A stretch of 63,786 bases of DNA, filler included, from Sluysia triapertura (lineage: Eukaryota): NCBI GenBank assembly GCA_046118255.1. It is 5 parts of 5 records of this genome, joined end to end, with 100 filler letters (N's around TTAATTAATTAA, not from the genome) between each part and the next. Parts side by side here need not be neighbours in the genome. Positions count along the whole stretch, not along the records: positions 51,879 to 63,786 come from JBJNIA010157492.1; 4 more parts are not named here. One strand, 5' to 3'. Position 1 is the first letter of the stretch, and every line of letters starts with the position of its first letter. Positions 51,950-63,786 of the stretch are shown in pieces. Under the pieces are notes generated by a model. The model was not told where the DNA came from, ran no database searches, and worked only from the letters and a program-made list of their open reading frames with translations. Both the position numbers and the translations under genes were made by a program.

Positions 51950-54900
51950 CTCTAATAGAAATTGAATATATTTATATTTCTTAACCTATTTAAGTTGTAG
52001 AAGCGAATAAACTTGTGGTGTTGAGGCTTTTTGTAATTCTACATCTTGAATGCTGTTTTAAATTGGTTTTTAAATGTATGCTTGGTGTTTTGAAAGATGA
52101 TTTGAAAGTGCATGATGATTGATTTTGAATGTGGTTGAAATTGAATTGTTTAAAACTGCAAATAAAATGTTTTAAATGATTTTTTACTGTAATTTGATGG
52201 TTTGAAATGTTGTGAGATTATGTATTTAACAGGTGAGGTTGTTTTAATGAATGTACAAAAGATAGTTACGGAAGTATTAAAATGTTTATAAGGGAAATAG
52301 GTTGGCCACCACGATAATTTATCTACATAACAAATAAGTATTACTTAGAATGTAATTTCAATAGAACTTCAAAAGAAACGTCGAAACGTATGTTCTCATA
52401 AAAAATGTTCATCAAAAGACTATTGTAATTTATACCAAAGATATGTTGACAAGTACAAGTTCAAATCAAATAATGTTAACGTTCATATCAAAATTGATAT
52501 TCTACATTAGTCAGATTATTCCATGTTTAGTTAAATCTAGTGGGTTTAATTTCAATTCATTCGAAATAGTAATATCAACCTTAGAATATCATCCTATCAT
52601 ATCGGTCATTGTCCTTGGTCTTCGGACCCTTTTCTGTACATATTCACAAAAATAGAATATAAAAATAAAATTTCAATACTATAGGCATCATTTAAGATTG
52701 TTTACATATTAAGTTTACAACTAATAATCAAAAATCATTGGAGAATCAAAAGATACACGGAAAACGAATGAAGAATAGTTGAGAACATTATTTTATCAAT
52801 CTATGTAAGATAATTAATTTATATGTTAATTATAATTTTCGCAGTGATAATGAACTTCATGTTTTTCATGTACGACCTTTGAGAGTGTACTGGCGAAGGT
52901 CGAAGCTTTAGAAAAACTAGATTTTATCGGAAATATATAGGGGCCAGAAGTAAATATAATCTCGTAAGAATTTATCTAGTAATAAGAAAGTGCCTCTTTT
53001 AAACCTAGAAAAGGGTATAAGACATTATGCTAAATGTTGTTAAATTAAAATTCTTAAATTGTTATTAATTTGAATTTATTAAATATATACTTATTTGAAT
53101 GTTATATTGAAATTTGATGCTCATTTATATTTATATCCTTTTCCAAGGTCAAATTTAAATAAACTAATAGGCTACTAAATTTATGAATTGCTTACTGTTA
53201 AATAAAAGGTTCGTTATGAATGTAATTCAGAATCTAATAGATACAAGCAAATTTCGTTTTGAAATACTTGCTTGAAGGTCATGCTATCAATGAGAAGTTA
53301 CATTGATTGTGCAGATATGTGACATTTTATTGTTACTTGTATATGACAGATATATACCAATCCTATGTAATTTTTCGACTGCGACTTATGCGTATTTAAA
53401 AACAAGTAATAAATACTTTAAAAAATGTGACGTTATGTAAAATTTTCTTCCTCTATTCGGTCATAAATATCCAATTTCTTTAAAAATAATATTCTTGAAA
53501 ATTAACAAAATAATTCAAATTTTAAAAATGCAAAATCATATATTTTATTGAAACTTAAATACAAATATCGCAACTTGATTGTATACGACGATGTTAAAGA
53601 AAAATGTAATTGAATACATTATTAAAAGACGGAGTTACAAAGTAAAAAAATGATATGACTAAATTTTAATACAATTAAATTTGTTTTTAAAATTGTATGA
53701 CCTTGATGAAATCGGTGTGCTATATATGGATGACATTTTAATGTTTTTTAAATGTCAGAAAAATATCAATTGAAAACGATATTCGATGTGCAAATTAAAT
53801 AATGAGCATTTTCATTTCATTTTGTTTACACACAGTTCTAATTAAATTCCTAATTACCCTAACTGCTTATTCTAAATAAAATATAGCCATTAAAATAATG
53901 AGAGATCACATCACGTGCTACATGAAATTTTTAAAAATTTTCTCTACTTTGTTTTAATTTAATTTTTTGAATATTTATAAAATACAAAAAATTAGATAAA
54001 ACAATATATATATATATATATATATTAGATAATTTATTTAATTTAATTTATTTCAGTATGAATATTGTTAGATAATGCTATTTCGAGAATATCAATAATT
54101 GTGTAAAATTATATCATATCGCAATAAAATCGATATTAGATTATACGCTCCGTTATATTTTTTGTGTTTGGTAATCTAAAAATACTACTTTATATAGTGT
54201 TTACTATTTATAAGTAGAATATGACAAATTAATTTTCCAAAACTTTTATTAATACATCATAAAAATTATAGTGTGCATTTTTTGTGAGACAATATTTGAA
54301 AAAATTGTATTATAAATAATTAATTTATTAAATATTTTAAATATTGATAAAAGACAAATTGTGTTTCGGATAAGTAACAAATTATAATATTTCTGATTCC
54401 ATTTAAGTTATTGTTTACATTATTATTTTTATTTTATTTCTATTTTTATCCCAATAAACTATTTGCGGAATATATATTTATATATATTGAGATATATAAC
54501 TTTTGTTACCTTTATATTTACAAATAGAACAATCAATAAAAAAATTCTGTATTATTTAATAAAACTAAATTTTTGTTTCCATGGTAATACAGTAGTAGCA
54601 TCAAATTAAAACAAACGTCAATAAAGACAGTAAAAAAATTAAATTAAATGTAGTCTCAGAACGGAAATATAAATATTAAGTTAAATGAAATTAAAATTAA
54701 AATAATGTTTTAAATTTTATTATTGCGAATATTATTTTTATTTTTATTATTGTTATTTTTATTATTATTATCTTTATTAAAATAATAAAATTATTTTGTC
54801 ATTGTTAATGTTAAAAAATGTCTAATCAGTTGTAGACTAATTGGCGGTAAGAGAATTATGTACGGTTAAGTAATTACGAAGCAGAACAAAAGTGTTCTTA

Positions 54901-55208
54901 TAAATAAAACAAAATTCATATTTTTTAAAAATATTATAATGAATTATAACAATAAAAATAATAATAAAAATTAAAACTTTAAATCCATTTTAGATAAAAT
55001 ATTAATTTAGACGGTCCTATTTTATTTCTACTGAATCCTCTACAGGTCCTATTTAATTTCAGCGAAAACACAAAAAAATTTCACAATTAAACGTCTGACT
55101 CAAATCGAATTTAAATTATTTATTTACGTTATATTTATATAATACCAAAAATAATACAAATTATAATAAATGGGTCCCAGAAATTCGAGTTTTTTTTAAG
55201 TATTATTA

Positions 55209-55670
55209 TTAACATCTTTAATTCAGCATATGGATCAACAAGTTATCTCTTTAATGAAACGCCATTATCGCAATGATCTATTCTTAGAAGCTTTTGCAGC
55301 ATGAATGACGATTTAATGAATTAATGAAAAAAATGACAATGTTGGATACAATATATGGAGCTGTTAAATTATGGAACAAAATTAAGTTCAATCGTGGTTG
55401 AAAATTTTGTCAAATGTAGAAAGTAATATCGAACCTGAGATATGTAACATTTCAGAATTATGTGAACTAATGAAAAATTTAAATGGCTTTTAAAATGTTG
55501 ATGACCAAAATATCAAGAAATGGATGGAATTTGATTCATCTCTGATCCGGATTCCAGATAAACAGTGACACTGAGATTATTTCAAATCTAATTTCAAATC
55601 AAAATGAAAATAAAAGTAAGACTGAAAGTGAGGAAGAAGATTTTACCAATCGTATTAGTCACGACTTTTA
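55209..55670 (+). mobile_element. Decayed pogo/Tigger transposase DDE C-terminal part
   Basis: LTSLIQHMDQQVISLMKRHYRN (cf. TSLIQPMDQGVI..KxxYR), followed by IKKWMEFD and an acidic ESEEED..RISH. Confidence 0.85.
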
Positions 55671-56687
55671 ATCTGAACATAAAATTGATAAATAAAGTTT
55701 TAATTAAATTTCGCTAAGATAAAATAAAAATGTTAATTAAGCTATGCATTAGTGTCATTCTTTTATTTGTAAACTTCATAAAAACAAAATTGTAAATCGT
55801 TGTTTTTATTTATAATAAAATTTTCATAAATTTTAGAATGGTTAAAAGATGTTAAAAGTAAATTGAAGTATAAGCAAATAAATACAGAAATTTAAATAAA
55901 TAAAATTTGTAAAATTTCAAAGATTAAATTATTAAGCACTTCTATTTCGTACGAGTATAAGAATTTACGAACTCTTCAGAAAAAGACTTTAGATACAAAA
56001 TCAATTATTAGAATCAGCCAATAACAGCCTTACGTTACTTGATAACATCTATCAAAATTAATCTTTACAATAATAATAAATATGATAATAATAATGATAA
56101 TAATTATGATATAATGTTCATTTCGAACATAATTTAAGTAGGTGATTTATTAAAACATCAAAACATTGATTTATTTATTTGCTACCCACGTATCTAGATC
56201 TGTATTATATCGATAATAATCACATTATTAATTTGTATAATGTTTTGTATTATTAATTTCATTTTAGACCCATAATTTTGCCATCACATCAACTTAATCG
56301 CAATCAACTTTTATCTATTATAACCCTTAAGAGCCTGAAACAATAACATTGATTATTAATATCACTATTTTTATAATAATTATTAATATTAGTTTTAATA
56401 ATAGCAAATTTAATCGATAAAACAATTCCGAAAAAAGTATACATTTTATAACAAATTGTACAATGTTTATGTATAACATAAAACGATGATAGTGCACAAA
56501 CATGGAATAGGTAAATAATTATTGTATATTTATTGGGAATAAAATGATTATTCTGATGAAAATGGTAACGAAATAATTTTGTTAATGTATTTTATATTTG
56601 ATTTTGCTACAATTAATTAATAATAAACTTTTTTGTGAAGATATTAAACCGGAAATGCTAAAACAAAAATCTGTTCGTTCAGAATTA

Positions 56688-56884
56688 ATAATAATTTTAA
56701 TATTTATAATAATAATAATAATAATTAATAACGATAATATTATTATTATTACTATTCTCATTATTATTATTATTACTATTATTAATAATAATATTATTAT
56801 TATTAGTTTCATTAATATTATTATTAATATTATTATATTATTATAATTATTATTAATATTATTAGTATTGTTATTATAATATTA
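56688..56884. repeat. Degenerate (AAT)/(ATT) microsatellite tract
   Basis: Poly-Ile pseudo-ORFs on both strands arise from this tract. Confidence 0.85.
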
Positions 56885-59289
56885 CCCTTTGCGATCCACT
56901 GTTGGGGTAGTCACGACATTGCCATTTTTACGTTCGTGTTCTCTGCCGAGGCAGCCCCGAGGCTAATTTAACACAAACATTGAAACGTTTATGTGATCTG
57001 TTATATGCCGAAGATGGTACGATAAGAAAATGTTTACATTTCGTATTTTTATTTGCACCGACTCGTCATTATCATCAAGTTCGGAGCACTATACTACCAC
57101 TGTACTCTATGCGAAGTATACAGATTAGTTTTATCGTAGTTGTACAAATGTAATATCCTAAAAAAATGTTCGTATTATTATATTGGTAAGTTAAATTATA
57201 ATGTATTCCAAAAAATATAATAATGTAATATATTATATTATTATATTATATAAATATTACATAAACACATAAATATAACATAAACGTAATTAAAATAATA
57301 GATAAAAAATTTAAATTCGTTTTGAGGAATTTTTCTGAGTTAGGCGTTTAATTGTGAAAATTTTGTGTTTTTGCTGAAATTAAATAGGACCTGTAGAGGA
57401 TTCCAAAGAAATAAAATAGAACCGCATATGATTAATAATAATATTAATATTAATAGTATTAGTATTATTAATATTATTATTAGTGCTAGATTTTTTCTTC
57501 TTAACTTAGTCTTACGAATAAAATTAAAATCTAGTGAGTTAATCAACGTACTAGTCTTACCGGTTAGGGCTTAATACTTAATACTTATGGAGGTTAACTT
57601 GTTTCAACTAAAAATGGGCTTAAATCAACAAATGATTGATATTTTAATCAACGTAGATTTTAATATAGTTCTTAAAAGTGAACCAAAAACGTAGTAAATG
57701 ATTTTAATTTTATTCCTAAAAATTAACCAGAAAATTGAAATAAGAATTTAAATTAGATTCAAGAAATGAACCTTAATTTTAATTGTTATTAATGAAATTT
57801 TAATCAGGATCTAAACTGAACCTCAAACTTAACTTTAATAATAATTAATTCAGATTTTAATTAGGTTCTAAAATGAACATATAGATAAATTCAGATTAAT
57901 AATAATGATAATAATAATAATATATATTCAAAACTAAATTATTAGGGAATTAACAAGAAATGAAATTACAATAAGAAGAATATAATTTTAATAAGATTAT
58001 TAGCTACTTATGTAAATAGTAGCTTCAATTAATTGGAAAATATTTTAAGTAATAGTTTAAGATACGCAATATAATAAACTGCAAAAAATTCCTATGAAAT
58101 TAAACTAACGATAAGAATAAAAATTCTGATAGTAGAAAAGATCGTAGGAATGCAAATCTGGAAAGCGGATTATTCTTTCTGGAAAGAGTTTGGAACTGCT
58201 GTTTTAGATACAAGAGTTCTTTTTAATTGTGTTCGTTTTAGAAAAATACTTCATTTTAAATATCAAAAGTGTGACCTTGAAGATCAATAGTTATTTTAAA
58301 AAGATAATTATTTAAAAAAATTTTGAATTTTTTGTATTTCGAAGTATTTTATTTATTATTATTTAAAAAATATTTACTTACTTTCTAAAATTTAAATTTC
58401 CAAAACTAATACCAATTATTGTTATTAACTTTATACAAATCGATAATTAACTTATAAATCTAAATAATAGTAAATACAATCGATATATAATACAATACTA
58501 AATATTAACATTAGTATTATTAGTATTAGTATTAATATTATTTATTATTATCATTATTAATATTATTATTTTATAACGATCATTTTCTCAAATCACTACT
58601 TTCTTCTTCAGAATACTTTTCTTAATATTCTATCGATGATTTTACTAGTACAGCTCTAGTATCTTTGTTTCGATAATTTGGTATTAAATTAATCCAGATT
58701 CATATTTTAAAGTTATTCATACTCCAACATCAACAATTGGTCCTTCATCTAAATTTGTAAGTTTTTCTTGCTTAATCAAGATTAAAATAATCACAAAATC
58801 TTTTATTAGCTACAAGCGAATATCATAAAATTCGTATTCGATTTTATATGGTTATAATTATTATTATAATTATAATAAATCTACTTGTCTACATACAATT
58901 GAATTATTTTAAGCATTATTTTGTCTATTATTTTTATATAAGGTTGAATAATTATCAAATTAATTTCTGGCCAACCTATTTCCCTAATAAATATTTTATA
59001 CAAATACACCAAAAATCAACATAAAATAACACTAAATTAAATCAACATATTGTACATAAAACCATACTTATAAACAATTCAACACTTCCATAACTATCTC
59101 TTTTAAATCCATTAAAAACAATCTTACCTGTTAAAATCAACTAAACACATAATCTCATAACATCCAAACCACTATTACATTCAAAACCATTAAACAACAT
59201 TAAAAATTCATTCAAAATATTTTATTCTACATTTCTTAACAGTTCAATTACAATCATATTCGAAATTAATCAACAAACATTTTTAAATC

Positions 59290-60850
59290 CTAATAACCAA
59301 ACACTACTTTTGGGAAATTTATTTTTTTGAGTTGGAACATTAAGTTAAAATCTTTTAAGGTTTGCAATGTTAGTATGTAGAATTTTGAACTTTTAATAAG
59401 ACATGTCCTTAATAATTTGATGTAGTTAAGATAGTGTTGAACTACTTTTGATGATGAGTTTACGATAAAGTACGAAGTTTTGGTCTCAGATCTAAGATGT
59501 AACTCAATTATATTAACAGTGAAATTTTGTAAGTGAAATACTAATAGGTTGTACGTTTTGTCTAGTGACATGCGTGTGTATTTATATGCCAGCAAAATTT
59601 GATTTTTTGAATCTTCAAACAACATTGTTTTACAATTTAAATTAAATTTTGTCATATTGTTCGTATAACTATAAGACGTTATTTCTTTCAGAAGTAACAC
59701 ACTTAATTTATATATGTTAATTTCAAAACTAAGTAAAAAAATCTTAGAAGAAAAAAATTTATTGGATGAAAATTTGATTTTTAGGTTGATGATACAGTTT
59801 ATGAACCAGTCGTGCTTCACAGATCCGTTCTTGAACTTGATCAACTGAAATAAAATCAAAGAGCGTATAGAATAAAAACCCACATGAAATATCTTGACGT
59901 AGAGAGTACTGTTAATTATTACAACTTAATTTTCTTTATTCGACAATTTACCTATCACAAACATCGGTGTTGGTAACATCTTAAAGTGTTGACATTGTAG
60001 CATTGTGATTAACTCATTAACTAGTAAAAAATACATCTTGTGAAGATAGTTTTTGAAATTGTTCAGATCATTGAATTTTGCTTTTTTACAAAGGACAAAT
60101 ATAATTATACAAGGGAATAGTGTGATTAAATCCTTTTGTATTGCAGTGTCGGCTTTTGGTAGATCCATTAGTATGTTGTATAAGTTATTTTTGAATCGAA
60201 TATTTAAGACTAAAACTTTATTATACAAAATGTCCTTGAGTACGTTCGCAATAGTGAGCTGCTCATTTGGGATTTGAAATATTTGATGGACTTTTCGTTC
60301 GATGATTAAAACATTATGTCGTAGTCTGATTAACAATATAAAATTTTTTGAATATAACATCATACACGTGTCATGACAGTGAACTGATTGTGTCGAATTC
60401 ATAATATTGACTAAATTGATTAAAGTTCTTAAACTTGGTTTATGGAATCTAATGTCATCATCATTTTTATTCGGAAAGATGTCTCATAATTTGTAAGATA
60501 AAATAGAACATGAACATTTATTATGATTGTTTTACGAAAGGTATTGTCTTTATTCTTTATAGTACTAAAACATTTATATTGATCATATACTAATAAACCA
60601 ATTATTTGGATGTTAGTTTCATTTTCATTAAGAAAAATTAATACATCATAGTCATTGGAATTTTGCATAGTTTTTCGTTTCAGGTCGACTTTAACAGGCA
60701 TTAAGTTAACATGGTCATTATCCTCCACTAAAGGACTACAATCTTCTCGTTACAGACTAAATTTTAAATTTGAATACTTGGTAGTGGAATTATCATTTAG
60801 TGATGATGATTGAAAAAAATAAAATCTGATATTCATATTTTTTGTTTTGC
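59290..60850 (-). pseudogene. Decayed long reading frame of unknown family (~500 codons)
   Basis: Three consecutive ORFs: 59926-60402 and 59290-59883 are in frame across a single TAA, and 60429-60728 is offset by one frameshift. Much longer than expected by chance at this AT content. Confidence 0.5.
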
Positions 60851-62370
60851 ATTTCCTGAATTATTCTTGAAAAAATGATAAAATTAACAGGCTTATGTAA
60901 TATATTAAATATTTCCAATAAATTTCGCTAAAAAGTTGCGTTTTATTTTATATCTTAGTAAGTAATTATAGTAAACAATAACATAGAAAATAATTCTATT
61001 TGAATTAGTTAGTTACGTTTTAATTGGTAATCATTTTTAATAATATTTTTAGTTTTTAACCATTGTGTTATTTGCTTGTCCAATCAGAGTCTTAGAAGGT
61101 AATTTTAATAGTATATACTCTGATTGGGTGGTGTACTGAATAACATGTAGTAATGACCATTATCAATATTGACATATTAATAAAAATGACGAATAAAGTG
61201 TCACTATTGATGATGGCGACAACAAGAATAATTTAATTTATAAAATTATTTGATGATTAATGATAATAATACCGATAATAATATTGTTATTATTATTATC
61301 AAACAAAATTAAATTACATAAATCTTTCTCTTAACATTACACGAACTTTTCTTTGAAATACTTTATTCTTTCTACATATTAAATAGAAAAGGAAATAAAA
61401 ACAAATGGCATGATGTGAAGGAGCAACGGTAATGTGGTATACTACACTTCAGTTATCGTTGTTGCTTCATCATGAGGCGATGAATTCTTTAAAGCTCTAT
61501 TATATTTATTTTTGAAAATGTGAGATTGATTTGAGCTGCAAGTAAAATTAAGAATGCTAGAATAAACTCTTGAGATTCATTGAAGGTTTATAATAGAACA
61601 TGCGGTTTATGCATTGAATGTAATAGTTTAGAATGCTTGTTAATAGGTTATAGTTTGTTTAATTTAAAAGGCAATTACAAAATAAATCTTAGCGTATTTA
61701 CAATGTTGTTGAAGGGTGTTAATAATGCTTATGTGTAGAAGCGATGGGTTTAAATTGGTGTGATTGATCCGTGATTGTAGCGTAAATGTTTTCAGGTACT
61801 TGTTAATGTTGTTGGATAATCTGAATACGTTTGTAATTTAAATGTTATGCATTATGATTGTAACTTGGTTTGAGAGAATGACTATTGAGTAAATATTGTG
61901 AATTGTTTTTCGTATTAATTATCGAAGTATAGTATGAGATGAATGATTGAGAATATTCGACGAGTTGTTTTTAAGAAGTATATATTGTTGAATTATTATG
62001 TGTCTGAAGTTGTTTTTGATGGATCAGTTAATGTATTGAATAGTATGAAGTGTGATTGATTTAGTTGTTAAATTTTTTGTAAACTGATTGTTGCGGTTTG
62101 AATATGTTAAGTATGTTTGATATTTAAAATTGTGAGGTTTTTAGGAAATTTAGGGTTGTGGGTGTTGGACACTACAATATGATCTCTTTGAGACTAAAAC
62201 GTTATACGAGAATTAGAGAAACGTCGAAAACCTGAAGAATCTGAAATTATAAAATAATTATGTACAAATACAGAATTAGTCACAATTCATTTTCCAGATC
62301 AGTCAATGAGTCGTTGTATTTATCATCAGGAGACATATCACCTTGCAAACGAAATCAGTTAATCGCTTGA

Positions 62371-62757
62371 GACAAAACTAAACTAAATCAATATAAACCA
62401 TCGAATTCTGTATTATTTCAAGAAATAAACCCTGATAAACAATCATCGTTTACAGTTTCTGTTCCAACACGAAAAAATCCTGCTTCCAGAATCAGCAGTT
62501 TAAAATATATATTCGGAAAAACAGATATAGTACCAATATCTCCTAAGATACAACAGAATCAAGTATCACTTAAAACACAACTCAAAGAAGTAATATATGA
62601 AGAAGAAGGACTAAAAGGATTATCGCGTGTTAAGCATGAAATACCAAAAGATCAATAACCGTGTGAAATTGATGAAAAATTAAAAGTAAATCCAGTACAA
62701 AGTCGCAAAACAAGTCAAACAATGTCAGTATTACTAATCTTGGAAGTAGTTGGGTAA
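62371..62757 (+). pseudogene. Coding-like stretch without a start codon (exon or decayed gene)
   Basis: About 95 open codons DKTKLNQYKPSNS...HEIPKDQ, one TAA, then 32 more in frame. Confidence 0.35.
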
Positions 62758-63786
62758 ATAGTTTAGCATTTGGTGCTTTAATACATCACCTTTATCCAGT
62801 TTCATTCAGTTATACAGTTTTAACTGAACATGATCCATTACATAATTTTCAATTAGCCTTCGAAACAGCCAAAACAAAAGCTAACATAGAACCATTAATA
62901 GATTCATAAGATATATTAATATTGGCTACACCGTATTGAAAATGTTTTTTTGCAATCGATTTAACACACGATAAAATACATCCTCTTAATAAATTACAAG
63001 CGACACAAATAACATAAAAGCAGTTATCATCTAAAAATAGCCTAGCAATTATTTTTAGTGTCAGATTCGTACATTTTAATTAAATATAATTTAATTGTTA
63101 TGGTTTCAAAAAATATAAATCAATAAAATCAATAAATGTAAAATAAGAAAATGATTTCAGTATTTTGAGAAAAGGATAATTTAATGTTTTTAGTTTTACC
63201 TCGCGTGTCTTTAAAAATTTCAACAATGAAATTTGAAATGTGAATCAGATGGTAACATTGATTTAACTGTTAGCTTCATATTTTATTTTTCAATTATGCT
63301 TTCGTACATTTACACTCCTTTTATCAAGAGTACGAACGATATAATCGAATATAAACATTTAATAGTACTTAATTATGCAGTTTTATTATTTATTCCATTA
63401 TATAGGCTATCGAAAATGATTAATGTTCATTTTATGATTACAAATTTTTGCCATTCTTTCAAGTAAACTCTCTTTCGCAAGTTTTAGTTTTAATTTACTA
63501 ATAAGTATTTTTTCTCATATCATACGGATTCGTTTTATTTTCTGCACGTTTATCACGGCTAGAGACGTTTTTACCTGATAAACTAAAAATAGAATATTTT
63601 TAATTTGTCACATTGCTTGTATTTATAGAAATCCAAATTATATTATATTCCAAAATCATTCTTCTAAAGATGATGCGATTAAAACATACGAAAATATAGA
63701 ATTTATTTGTTCATTGAATTATACAGATTTATTTCTTACTCGGTCAATGACTATATGTGAGCGAACATTTCCTGGCAGCTATGATT

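Larger units (their letters stand above)
55012..57424. repeat. ~90-bp inverted repeat pair (55012-55102 / 57336-57424)
   Basis: cggtcctattttatttc...gaatcctctacaggtcctatttaatttcagc...cacaattaaacg and its near-identical reverse complement 2.3 kb away. Confidence 0.85.

Noticed and set aside
55940-55985. Hammerhead-like CTGAAGA...CGAAA on the minus strand (similar motifs at ~47110, ~52375 and ~56553)
   Set aside because: Stems I and III and the NUH cleavage triplet could not be formed convincingly.
56582-57574. Hydrophobic poly-Ile ORFs resembling membrane peptides
   Set aside because: They are translations of AAT/ATT microsatellites.

Overview
This is very AT-rich, intron-rich eukaryotic (metazoan, probably invertebrate) genomic DNA, not prokaryotic. 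It consists of five ~12-13 kb segments joined by artificial 100-nt linkers (N44-TTAATTAATTAA-N44). Genuine host coding sequence is sparse and split into exons that the ORF track mostly misses. Recognised exons and genes: the last exon of a class II ARF GTPase (9584-9670); the last two exons of an INPP5A-type inositol-trisphosphate 5-phosphatase with a long S/T-rich insert before a CaaX box (19939-20098 + 22509-23171); the first exon of an SLC7/LAT amino-acid transporter (minus, 36845-37304); an intronless ubiquitin-conjugating E2 (39236-39706); and a few orphan candidate exons. The rest is decayed mobile DNA (non-LTR retrotransposon, Gypsy PBS, Polinton integrase, mariner, pogo/Tigger, piggyBac- and hAT-like ends), microsatellites, and decayed host-gene fragments (Rab6, kinesin motor, a GPCR/LamG-like composite). 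The most notable observation is an APE-type non-LTR retrotransposon whose 3' end terminates in telomere C-strand repeats (CCCTAA), a candidate telomere-targeting LINE family. All family assignments are by motif recognition only; no searches were run.
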